A stretch of DNA of 64,000 nt. Origin: Promethearchaeota archaeon. Lineage in GTDB: Archaea; Asgardarchaeota; Lokiarchaeia; Sigyniarchaeales; SOKP01. The notes beneath the pieces are model-generated. The model saw nothing but the letters and a program-made list of their open reading frames with translations, had not been told where the DNA came from and did not search any database. The translations under genes and the position numbers were made by a program. The stretch lies in NCBI GenBank assembly GCA_019058445.1, contig JAHPZA010000009.1, positions 1-64,000 of the forward strand. Direction: 5' to 3'. Positions 20,686 to 30,132 of the stretch are shown piece after piece. Every line of letters starts with the position of its first letter. Position 1 is the stretch's first letter.

Positions 20686-20875
20686 TATTGAATATCGCTT
20701 TATTCTTTTTTCTATTCAGAGCCATAAAATTAATCCTGTTCTTTTAAGAGATGATGATCCAAAAAGAAATTGAATAAAAAATTCTTATCTACTTTTTATT
20801 TTAATCATCTTTGTTCATTTCATTATTTTTCTAATGGAGTTTAAATAATTATTTTCAAAGAATTGAGTATTTTCA

Positions 20876-20944
20876 TCGATATGTATCGGTATACACAACC
20901 CTTAAATTCAGTAGTATATTGAAATATCTTAACATACATATCGA
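20876..20944. promoter_or_regulatory. Inverted 11-bp operator-like sites flanking a TATA-like element
   Basis: TCGATATGTAT (20876-20886) / ATACATATCGA (20934-20944). Confidence 0.55.
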
Positions 20945-20986
20945 AAAAAAAAATTAATTTAAAATAGAAAAAAGTTGATTTAAAAG

Positions 20987-22285
20987 ATGGCTGTAGATAC
21001 AAAGACAGCCGTAATTGGTTGTCTTGTTATAGCTGTTGTAGCTATGGCTGGATGGGTTGGATTTTTATATGTAAATCCAATTACAAAAACTAAAACTAAA
21101 GAAGATGAGGAGACTGTATATGTTTATTTTGGAGTTCTTCGAGATTATGATTCAGGATTACCAGATGATTTAAGTTCTGCTCCTACTACTTCATTAGTCC
21201 TCTATAATGAAACAGGCGATCAAGTTGTGATAACATTAGCTCAAATAATACAATATATCGAAAAATGGGAGGGAACAGACCCTTCTACCGCTGGTAATGA
21301 GGGTAAAGAAGGTTGGTGGGAAAAAAGATTAAAACCACTCACAGTTACAGATACATCAGGTGTTCCTATAACAGGAGTAGATCTAACAGAGCTCTTAAGA
21401 GTATTTGATTGTAATTTTGCAGGTGAATTAGAGTTTGTCTCAAACGACCCTGGTGCAGACAAACTTAAGATGGATGTAATCGATATCACTAATACTTTTG
21501 ATCCTGAAGATGATGACGAAAACAACCTCATCTTAGGGATTGCGGCAGACAAGAAATGGTTGAGAAATTCCCCTATTGCGGATGATGCTGGAGATTTTGT
21601 ATTAATAGGTCAAGAGGTGACTTATCCTGATGAAGGAAATAATATCACTGAGATAGTTGAATATAGATGTGATGATTTAGCAAACATCACAGTAACTAAA
21701 AATTGGACAATTACAGTCAATGTTTATAATAATGACAATTCTTTGAACCAAACATTAGTACTTGATGCTTTTAACATCACAGATGCATATACTGGACCTT
21801 ATCATTATGAATATGATAATACTGCTTGGTGGTACTTTAATGCAACTTATTTCGGAACAAATATCAGTCAAATAATTGATTATACTGAGGCAAAGGGTAC
21901 AGATTATATCTTCAATATTACATTCTCTCCGGGAGATACTCAACCTTCTAGTAAAACTAAGAGAAAAGTATATTCTTATGCTTTTAACTTTAATTGGACT
22001 GATGTCGAAGTTGGTCTTGCTAATAATGGTACACACGTAATTGGTAACCATGTCGATTTGGTAAATGGAACAATACCAATGTTAAAATCGGATCTCTTAA
22101 TGTGTATAACACAAAAAATCCAGTATGGATATTCACATAGTGGATCAGATTACAATTCTCCATGGGAGGATTATTATAACGACGGATACCCTCCTTTCAA
22201 GCTAATAATCCCTGGACTCGCACAGCCTAGATACTTTAATGGAGTAACTGAAATTAACATAAAGATACTTTCATCAACAAGATAA
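20987..22285 (+). CDS. Membrane-anchored extracellular protein upstream of the ECF module
   Basis: N-terminal TM helix, acidic, many N-x-S/T sequons; GVDLTELL, GTNISQII, PFKLIIPG resemble molybdopterin-binding-like folds. Confidence 0.6.
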   Translation: MAVDTKTAVIGCLVIAVVAMAGWVGFLYVNPITKTKTKEDEETVYVYFGVLRDYDSGLPDDLSSAPTTSLVLYNETGDQVVITLAQIIQYIEKWEGTDPSTAGNEGKEGWWEKRLKPLTVTDTSGVPITGVDLTELLRVFDCNFAGELEFVSNDPGADKLKMDVIDITNTFDPEDDDENNLILGIAADKKWLRNSPIADDAGDFVLIGQEVTYPDEGNNITEIVEYRCDDLANITVTKNWTITVNVYNNDNSLNQTLVLDAFNITDAYTGPYHYEYDNTAWWYFNATYFGTNISQIIDYTEAKGTDYIFNITFSPGDTQPSSKTKRKVYSYAFNFNWTDVEVGLANNGTHVIGNHVDLVNGTIPMLKSDLLMCITQKIQYGYSHSGSDYNSPWEDYYNDGYPPFKLIIPGLAQPRYFNGVTEINIKILSSTR

Positions 22286-22413
22286 CTCTAAAAAATATAA
22301 ACATATTAAATAATTATTTTTTTTTATTATATTTCCATATAAAGTTTATAAAATCTCAATAAACCAAATAAATCATTTTTAATTATTTTAAAAAACTAAT
22401 AAAAAACAATCAG

Positions 22414-23004
22414 ATGCAAAAACGTAACTTTAACATATTTGTTGTTTCAATATGTATAGCAATTACATGTACCTGGCTCTCTGTATACAATTTTGTTCGA
22501 TTAGATATTAATCTTATTGATTATGTTCAAGATTCTTATGAAACGATAATTGAAGGAGAAGAGCCAGAAGAAGAAGAAACGGTAGTTGTAATAACTGGTA
22601 AAGTCACTAAAGAATTAAGCTTAACCTTATCAGAGATTAAATCAGATAAATACAGACAGATAGAGGACAAAATTTTTAAAATAGTCACACAAGTAGAACC
22701 TCATTATTATAAATATAGTGGTGTTACTCTTTGGAGCATTTTAGAAACTGAGGATATTTTAGAGGTCGGTGCTACTAAATTTACATTCATCGGTGCTGAT
22801 GGATATGAATCTCCTGAACCATTATCATTGAAAGATGTGGCAGAGAAGTATGAAGATGATGTGATTTTGGCGTATGAAAAAGACGGAAAACCATTAGAAG
22901 ATAGTGGCCCAATTAGATCGGTAATCGATGATGATGCTATTCCCCCTGGTGAATATAGTTCACAGTATTCAGTAAGAAATTTAGCTGAAGTAAGAATAGA
23001 ATAG
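22414..23004 (+). CDS. Membrane-anchored molybdopterin-binding (oxidoreductase-like) domain protein
   Basis: YSGVTLWSIL, GADGY, VILAYEKDGKPL..SGPIR, VRNLAEV. Confidence 0.75.
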   Translation: MQKRNFNIFVVSICIAITCTWLSVYNFVRLDINLIDYVQDSYETIIEGEEPEEEETVVVITGKVTKELSLTLSEIKSDKYRQIEDKIFKIVTQVEPHYYKYSGVTLWSILETEDILEVGATKFTFIGADGYESPEPLSLKDVAEKYEDDVILAYEKDGKPLEDSGPIRSVIDDDAIPPGEYSSQYSVRNLAEVRIE

Positions 23005-23017
23005 GTGTTGAATCAAA

Positions 23018-23665
23018 TTGAATGAAAAAGAAAAAAATAATGATTTAAATTTAGATTCGAAAAACTCAGAAATAAAGGAAGAAAAATATAAAGAGACGGG
23101 TATGGGATTAGAGAAGTCTAAAAATTTATCAACTTTAGATTTAATTTATTCGGCAATATTAGGTGTAATGGGAGGTATTATCTCAAGCCTCATTCCTTTT
23201 TCTCTTCTGATTAAAGTCTGGTACCCTCTTACCGGCGGAACGCAATTAGTATCGGGACATCATGTAATATGGGCATCAATTGTATATGGCTTAACGCGAA
23301 AAAAGCAGAACATAATGGTAACAATGTCGGTAAAAGGAATACTAGAATTTCTCTTAGGAGATCCATGGGGATTGATAATCATTTTTGTTAATTTAATGGA
23401 AGGGTTCTTTCTTGCGTTAGGTTTCTTCTTAATGGAAAAGATTGGAGAAGGAGAAACTAAGTTAGGTTGGGGTATTGCAGGAGGATTTGGTAATTTTTTT
23501 CAAGCCCCTTTCTTTTGGATCATTAACCAGCGTTGGCATCTCCATTTTACTTTATGGATTTTAGCTTTTATGTTTGCTTTTATCTCTGGGATTCTAATTA
23601 CGGGTATTTTAGGAAGAGCCATCAAAAATTATATAATAAAAGCAGGCGTACCAACTAGCTTTTGA
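23018..23665 (+). CDS. ECF transporter substrate-specific S component
   Basis: 5-6 TM helices, STLDLIYSAILG start, KAGV end; adjacent to ECF A and T genes. Confidence 0.8.
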   Translation: MNEKEKNNDLNLDSKNSEIKEEKYKETGMGLEKSKNLSTLDLIYSAILGVMGGIISSLIPFSLLIKVWYPLTGGTQLVSGHHVIWASIVYGLTRKKQNIMVTMSVKGILEFLLGDPWGLIIIFVNLMEGFFLALGFFLMEKIGEGETKLGWGIAGGFGNFFQAPFFWIINQRWHLHFTLWILAFMFAFISGILITGILGRAIKNYIIKAGVPTSF

Positions 23666-23688
23666 TATAATTAAGAGGTGCTATACTC

Positions 23689-25500
23689 ATTCCAGATGAA
23701 AATATCGCACTCTCTTTTAAAGATTTTTCTTTTATATATGGAATTGATAAAAGCCAGCAAAATACTGTTTCAGATATAAGCTTTGACCTTAGAAAAGGAG
23801 ATGTATTAATTTTAGCGGGTCCCAGTGGAAGCGGGAAATCTACTCTTTCATATGCTATGAATGGTATTATTCCTTGGAGATTAAAGGGTTTCATGAAGGG
23901 CGATGTTAGCATATTTGGAAAAAGTATATGGGATTACAACTTCATGGAATTGAGTCGAATTGTGGGATTAGTTAAGCAAAATCCTTTAGATCAATTAGTC
24001 ACATTTCGAGTAAGAGATGAGATTGCTTTTGGACTTGAAAATTTAAAAATTCAGGAAGATGTAATTAGAAAAAGAATAGAAGAAATTGCTAAGTTTATGG
24101 GAATTTCTCATTTACTAGATAGAGAAATTGATCAATTAAGTGGAGGCCAGAAACAACTTACAATATTATGCTCATTCTTGGTTATGGATCCTAAAATTCT
24201 TATTTTAGATGAACCTATTGCGTTCTTAGACCAACATTCTGAAAGTCTTTTATTAAATCGATTAGAACGTTTAATAAAATCTCCAGAATATAATTTGTCA
24301 TTGGTGATAATTGAACATAGACTATCGAGAGTTATAAATATTGCAAATAAAATATTAGTACTCGATGATAATGGAACTATTAAACTTAAAGGCCCTATCT
24401 CTGAAATTTTAAAAGATAAATTCGAAATTCTTAAATCCTGCAACGTCAGGGTTCCTTGGATCACAGATGTATATAATAATTTCAAAAAACAAAATTTAGA
24501 AGCTGCTGGAAATTTTAAAATTCCAACTAATTTTAAACATTTATTAGAAATTCCTAATAATTTGAATAGAGAAGAATTAAAGAAATTATCTCAAGTGTTA
24601 ATTGACACGGAGATTAAACCTAAAAATATCGAGAAATTTGAAAGTTATGATCAAAAAATTTCCTTTAATGATGTGTATATTGAATCTTTACAGAAAATGG
24701 AAATCTCTAAAAATATTGTCAAATCTAATGAAGCAGACTTTACCAAAGAAAATGACATTATTTTAGAAACTAAAAATCTTAATTTTGAGTATCCAAATTC
24801 AGGTATAAAAGCAATTAATAATTTATCCATTGAAATTAATCAAGGAGATTTCATTGGGCTTGTCGGACCGAACGGATCGGGCAAGACAACATTATTATAT
24901 TTATTAGCTAATTTATATGAGCCTACTTCAGGAAATATTTTTTATAAAAATCAGAATTTAAAGAGTATTAATCAACATAAATATGCCAGAAAGGTGGGAT
25001 TTATCTTTCAAAATCCCGAAAATATGATATTCAAACCAACAATAAGAGATGAAATTCTTTATGGACCGGTTAATTTTGGGATTTTAAATGATATTAAGCA
25101 TGATTATTTGTCCAAACTAATTGAATTAATAGGCAATGAAGATGAGGATAAAAATCCCTATAATCTGAGCTGGGGTCAAAAACGGAGATTGAATTTAAGC
25201 TCGATTTTCGTTTATAACCCGGATATAATTTTGCTGGATGAACCATTCATTGGACAAGACCAGAAAACGATTGATTCTTTAGTAGAAACTTTATATCTCG
25301 AAAACAAGCGTGGCAAAACCATAATAATCTCATCTCATGATTATCATTTGCTTTTAAAATATACCCGAAAGATCATCGAGTTAAATAAAGACGGAAGTCT
25401 AAATGATTATGCGTTAAATGGAAATTACTTTTTAAGACACAAGAATTTAGGACCTATTGTTCTGTTAAACCTAATCAAAGAAAAACTTAAAGGTGTTTAA
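23689..25500 (+). CDS. ecfA: ECF transporter fused double ATPase (start extended to a non-canonical ATT/ATA)
   Basis: First Walker A GPSGSGKST lies in frame upstream of ATG 23857; LSGGQKQ, LDEP; second GPNGSGKTT, LSWGQKRR. Confidence 0.88.
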   Translation: MPDENIALSFKDFSFIYGIDKSQQNTVSDISFDLRKGDVLILAGPSGSGKSTLSYAMNGIIPWRLKGFMKGDVSIFGKSIWDYNFMELSRIVGLVKQNPLDQLVTFRVRDEIAFGLENLKIQEDVIRKRIEEIAKFMGISHLLDREIDQLSGGQKQLTILCSFLVMDPKILILDEPIAFLDQHSESLLLNRLERLIKSPEYNLSLVIIEHRLSRVINIANKILVLDDNGTIKLKGPISEILKDKFEILKSCNVRVPWITDVYNNFKKQNLEAAGNFKIPTNFKHLLEIPNNLNREELKKLSQVLIDTEIKPKNIEKFESYDQKISFNDVYIESLQKMEISKNIVKSNEADFTKENDIILETKNLNFEYPNSGIKAINNLSIEINQGDFIGLVGPNGSGKTTLLYLLANLYEPTSGNIFYKNQNLKSINQHKYARKVGFIFQNPENMIFKPTIRDEILYGPVNFGILNDIKHDYLSKLIELIGNEDEDKNPYNLSWGQKRRLNLSSIFVYNPDIILLDEPFIGQDQKTIDSLVETLYLENKRGKTIIISSHDYHLLLKYTRKIIELNKDGSLNDYALNGNYFLRHKNLGPIVLLNLIKEKLKGV

Positions 25501-25506
25501 GGTTAA

Positions 25507-26385
25507 TTGAAAAAGAACAAAAATTTAGACAGAAAGCAGTATATGTTCGCATATGTACCAGGTAATTCACTGTTTCATAAACTAAATCCTATTTCAAAAT
25601 TAGTTTTTCTTATTTTCTTAACGGTTATTATATTATTAGTAAGTAGTATCTTGTTTTACAGTCTTATTTTTATTATTATCTTTTCAATAGCGTTGTTGAA
25701 TGGAATTAAACTGAGTTTGCTGTTTCGAAAATTGAGGTATATCTTTATAATATTAGTAGTAAGCGTTATATTGAATATTTTCTTCAATGCGATTCCAACT
25801 GAAGAGGAGATTGTTTTATTCTATTTATTTGGCTTTAAATTTTTGCCAATAAGAAGATTGGCAGTATATTATGCACTTAAAGCATTTTTTATGGTTATGA
25901 TTTTGTATACATCTACAATCATTTATACATATACAACAGATATGAGAGATTTCGTATATGCTTTAATGAAGTTAAAAATACCTTATCGATATTGCTATGC
26001 TTTGATGGTTGGAATAAGATATATTCCATTAATTGAACAAGAAGCTAAAACAATTTCCTTAGCGCAAAGGGCAAGAGGTTTTGGTTTTGAACGAGTCAAC
26101 ACAGTTAGGAAAGCATATAATTTAATTTTTGAGCGATTAATTGCAACGCTAATTACAATCTTAAGAAAAGCATACGTAACCTCAATTTCTATGGAAAATA
26201 GATGTTTTGGTATTTATAAAGATCGGACTAATCTTGTAAAAATGTATTTCAAATGGAAAGATATCATTTTTATTATTCTTTGCTGTGCTATATTTATTGC
26301 AACTACTCTCTATATCTTTCAATTATTACCTATTCTGCGCTTCCCTTCACTTTATTCTATCTTTTTAAAATATTTCAATAGTTGA
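25507..26385 (+). CDS. ecfT: ECF transporter transmembrane T component
   Basis: LFHKLNP.SKL, AQRARG, SMENRCF. Confidence 0.92.
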   Translation: MKKNKNLDRKQYMFAYVPGNSLFHKLNPISKLVFLIFLTVIILLVSSILFYSLIFIIIFSIALLNGIKLSLLFRKLRYIFIILVVSVILNIFFNAIPTEEEIVLFYLFGFKFLPIRRLAVYYALKAFFMVMILYTSTIIYTYTTDMRDFVYALMKLKIPYRYCYALMVGIRYIPLIEQEAKTISLAQRARGFGFERVNTVRKAYNLIFERLIATLITILRKAYVTSISMENRCFGIYKDRTNLVKMYFKWKDIIFIILCCAIFIATTLYIFQLLPILRFPSLYSIFLKYFNS

Positions 26386-26451
26386 AACCATAATCTAGTT
26401 TTTATTTCATTAAAGTAATCATTAAAAATCAGAATAAATCATAGTAATATT

Positions 26452-27948
26452 ATGGAAACTTATGATTTGGTTGTAGTAGGTGGTGGTTCAGCGTTAAGTG
26501 TTTTAACGATGGGGCTTAATCTAGGGCTAAAGTGCGCACTAGTAGAACCTGACAAATTTGGAGGTACTTGTTTAAATCGAGGATGTATTCCCTCAAAAAT
26601 ATTAGTCTATCCAGCGGATTTAATTAGGGAAGCACAACACGCAAAAAAAGTAGGAATTTCAGTAAAAATTGAACAAGTGGACTGGGATCTTATTGCAAAA
26701 AGAATGTGGAATAAAATAAACTTAAATGAAGGAATAGAGAAAGGATTATCAAGAAGAAAACATCTAACGGTCTATAGAGGTTATGGAGAATTCACGGGTA
26801 ATTATGAAATGACGGTAAACGATAAAGACGGTAACAATCTTGGAAATTTCAAAGGTGATAAATTTGTTATCGCAACAGGTGCTCGTTCATTTATTCCTCC
26901 AATTAAAGGTTTGGAAGAGGTAGGATATATTGAAAGCGAGAGCTTTTTTGGTGAAAAATTCCCAGAAAAGCCATGGGAAAGTTTAATTATTATCGGGGGA
27001 GGTGTGATTGCTGCAGAATTTGCGCATATATTTTCCGCATACGGATCAGATGTTACTATTGTTGAAATGCTTCCCCGTTTAGTTTCAACTGAGGAGCCCG
27101 AAATAAGTGAATTTCTAGAAAAAAATATGAAAAAACACTTAAACATCTTAGTAAATAATAGAGCGGTTAAAGTCCATAAAGAAGATGGCTTAAAAGTTTT
27201 AACTGCTAAAAATTTGCAAACAGGAGAGGAACAGGAAGTTAAAGGTCAAGAAATTTTGGTTGCAACAGGACGTAGATCTAATGCAGATAATTTAAAATTA
27301 GAAAATACTGGTGTTGCTATCGATGAGAAAGGATGGATTATCACTAATGAATTCTTAGAAACCTCTAAAAAAAATATTTGGTGCGTTGGTGATGCTAATG
27401 GCCGATATCAATTTCGCCATAAAGCTAATTATGAATTAAAAATATTGAAAAAGAATTTATTTAGTGGTGAAAAGCACCTTGTTGATTATTCAAGTGTTCC
27501 TTGGGCGATCTTTACTTATCCTCAGATAGGACATGTTGGTATAACGGAGGCAGAAGCTATTGAAAAAGGATATGAGATATATGTAGGGATACATCATTTT
27601 TCTGAAATTGCGAAAGGTTATGCCATGGGATTTGAAGAAAACGCCGACGATGATGGATTTGTTAAGTTAATCGCTGATAAATCGCATAAAATTTTAGGTG
27701 CTCATGTCATCGGCCCTTTCGCAGCAATACTTGTCCAACAATTTGTATATCTTATGAACGCCGGTTTCACCTGTGTGGAATCGGAAGAAAATTTAGATTT
27801 AAGAATTATTCCCAAACATGTAAGAGCATGTCCCGAAGGAGGTACTTTTAGTCCAATAGATAATTCAATGATTATCCATCCATCTGCGAATGAATTAACT
27901 GCATGGGCAATTGGAGTGTTAAAACCCTTGAAAACTAAAAAGGAATAA
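26452..27948 (+). CDS. Class I pyridine nucleotide-disulfide oxidoreductase (dihydrolipoamide dehydrogenase/mycothione reductase-like)
   Basis: GGTCLNRGCIPSK, GGGVIAAEF, IHPSANE. Confidence 0.92.
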   Translation: METYDLVVVGGGSALSVLTMGLNLGLKCALVEPDKFGGTCLNRGCIPSKILVYPADLIREAQHAKKVGISVKIEQVDWDLIAKRMWNKINLNEGIEKGLSRRKHLTVYRGYGEFTGNYEMTVNDKDGNNLGNFKGDKFVIATGARSFIPPIKGLEEVGYIESESFFGEKFPEKPWESLIIIGGGVIAAEFAHIFSAYGSDVTIVEMLPRLVSTEEPEISEFLEKNMKKHLNILVNNRAVKVHKEDGLKVLTAKNLQTGEEQEVKGQEILVATGRRSNADNLKLENTGVAIDEKGWIITNEFLETSKKNIWCVGDANGRYQFRHKANYELKILKKNLFSGEKHLVDYSSVPWAIFTYPQIGHVGITEAEAIEKGYEIYVGIHHFSEIAKGYAMGFEENADDDGFVKLIADKSHKILGAHVIGPFAAILVQQFVYLMNAGFTCVESEENLDLRIIPKHVRACPEGGTFSPIDNSMIIHPSANELTAWAIGVLKPLKTKKE

Positions 27949-28045
27949 AGATCTATTTTTTTTAAATAAAATATAGATTTTTTTATTTTTTCTCATTTTT
28001 AAAAGTAAATTAAAATTTACAATACTATACTAAAGTGTTAAATAT

Positions 28046-28888
28046 ATGGAAAATGAGAATAGATTGATTTCCTCAAAGAATCATCAACGAACTCATTTAT
28101 TGGCGATTATGGACCATTACTTAGACTCAATGCTTAAGAAGGATGTGAGTGCTCTAAAAACAACAGGTAATGTAAAATTTACTGAAAACTGCAAGATATT
28201 GGAATTGGGGCAAGGAGTCTGGCAAACAATCTCCTCTATTAATTATAGGCAGTATTTTACTGATTCTTTAATGGGACAAGTAGCGGTTTTCTGTGTAATT
28301 GATGAGAGAGGAGTACCTGCAATTTTGATGGTTAGACTCAAGATAACGGGTCATGAGATTGCAGAGGTGGAAACGATTGTAACCCGAAATGGAGAAGCTA
28401 GTGTTTTTTATCCTAAAGCATTAAAGAAGCCTAAACCAATTTTTGATGAAATACTTGAAAGCTCAAAACGTTCCTCCCGAGAGGAGATGATCTTTATTGC
28501 AAATAGTTATTTTGATGGAATAGAGCAGAATGATGGTACTAATATCCCATTTCATCCAGATTGTAATCGCCGAGAAAACGGTTTTCAAACCACAAATAAT
28601 CCTAAGTTTGAATTTACAAAATATGATTGCTATATTCAAATTTCCAAGTTCATATATATTACCAAAGTTAGGGATCGTCGATTTTTGATTTTAGATGAGG
28701 AGCGGGGTTTAGTTTGGGGGATATTTTTATTAGATTGCCCTGGAAATGTTGGATCAGAGTCGCTTGGTTCACTGAAAAATCCACGAACTATAGTGGTGGC
28801 AGAATGTTTTAAAATTACTAGTGGTAAAATTCGAGAAATTGAAGTATTCATGGTTAATATTCCCTATGGATCAGCTTCGGGATGGTAA
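28046..28888 (+). CDS. Conserved hypothetical protein, tandem NTF2/SnoaL-like
   Basis: FTEN...G.GVW, YFDGIE, C.RRENG, ECFKI..GKIREIE. Confidence 0.6.
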   Translation: MENENRLISSKNHQRTHLLAIMDHYLDSMLKKDVSALKTTGNVKFTENCKILELGQGVWQTISSINYRQYFTDSLMGQVAVFCVIDERGVPAILMVRLKITGHEIAEVETIVTRNGEASVFYPKALKKPKPIFDEILESSKRSSREEMIFIANSYFDGIEQNDGTNIPFHPDCNRRENGFQTTNNPKFEFTKYDCYIQISKFIYITKVRDRRFLILDEERGLVWGIFLLDCPGNVGSESLGSLKNPRTIVVAECFKITSGKIREIEVFMVNIPYGSASGW

Positions 28889-29209
28889 AAGACTTTTTAA
28901 TTCAATTTTAAAAGATAAGAATTAGTGAACTAATAGTAATCAGATCATCAAGATTAAAACAGATTTGCTTAAATTTCAAAAAATGATATCATATTTGCAT
29001 CAAAATAGTATATACTTTAAAGAATTGGTTTTTAGGCAATGAATTACATCGTCATAATTAATTATTGTAAAATATTCAGCATCTCACATGTATTAAGTTT
29101 AGGATTAAGCTGTATTGAAACAATTATCCATAATATAAGAGTCTAAAAAAAAATTGCATTCATAACTTATAATCTAAAAAATTTTTAGAAATGAATTATT
29201 TCATACACT

Positions 29210-30079
29210 ATGGTTGATAAAATCGGGATTATTCAAGAGATACAGGATACTTATAAAATTATTGGTAGAACGGAAGAATTAAAAAAGATCATATTGGCCC
29301 ATTCAGTAGGAAAAAATATTTTAATTGAGGGGGAAGTAGGCGTAGGAAAAACCACTCTTGCCAGTGCTGTTTCCTCTTATTTAGATTCTAAATTTTACCG
29401 TATCGATTGTGCAGAAGAGACATTAACCCACAATCTAATAGGATATTTTGATCCTCCGCTGGTAATTGCCAAGGGATATATTGAAGACGCGTATGTCTAC
29501 GGTCCGCTTGCTTCTGCTATGATAAATGGGGGCTGTCTTTTCATAAATGAAATTAACCGAATGCCCGAAAGCACTCAAAATATATTACTCACAGCTTTAG
29601 ATGAAAAAATCTTAGAAATACCTAAATTGAGAACAATTCGAGCTAATGAAAAATTTTTTGTGATTGCTACTTTAAATCCCTCCGCTCACGTAGGAGTAAC
29701 CGTTTTAGGAGAGGCGCTTAAAGATAGATTTATTTGGATCAAACTGGAATATCAAAACCCCGAAGAAGAAATAGAAATAATCAAACAGGAAGTTAATTTT
29801 GATAGCCAAGATGAAAAAATTCCTAAAATTGCTCAAGAAATAATTCAAATAACGAGAAATAATACTTCTATAAGAAGGGGAAGCTCAATTAGAGGTGCAA
29901 TCGATTTGGCCGCGTTAATGACTCAATATGATAACACTAGTAGTACAAAAAATTGGGTTGATGCTGCTGTGATGGCCCTCTATAATAAAATAGAGCTTGA
30001 AGATGGCGTAAATAAATCTAAAAAAGAATTAATTACAGATATAGTTTTAGCTGTATTAAATAAAGCGGATTTTCAGTAA
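29210..30079 (+). CDS. moxR: MoxR-family AAA+ ATPase
   Basis: GEVGVGKT, FINEINR, ATLNP, ALKDRF, SIRG. Confidence 0.92.
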   Translation: MVDKIGIIQEIQDTYKIIGRTEELKKIILAHSVGKNILIEGEVGVGKTTLASAVSSYLDSKFYRIDCAEETLTHNLIGYFDPPLVIAKGYIEDAYVYGPLASAMINGGCLFINEINRMPESTQNILLTALDEKILEIPKLRTIRANEKFFVIATLNPSAHVGVTVLGEALKDRFIWIKLEYQNPEEEIEIIKQEVNFDSQDEKIPKIAQEIIQITRNNTSIRRGSSIRGAIDLAALMTQYDNTSSTKNWVDAAVMALYNKIELEDGVNKSKKELITDIVLAVLNKADFQ

Positions 30080-30132
30080 TCGATGATTTCTCTCTGGAAG
30101 GATCTGAAGAGATTGAGAAAAACCGGTTAAAT

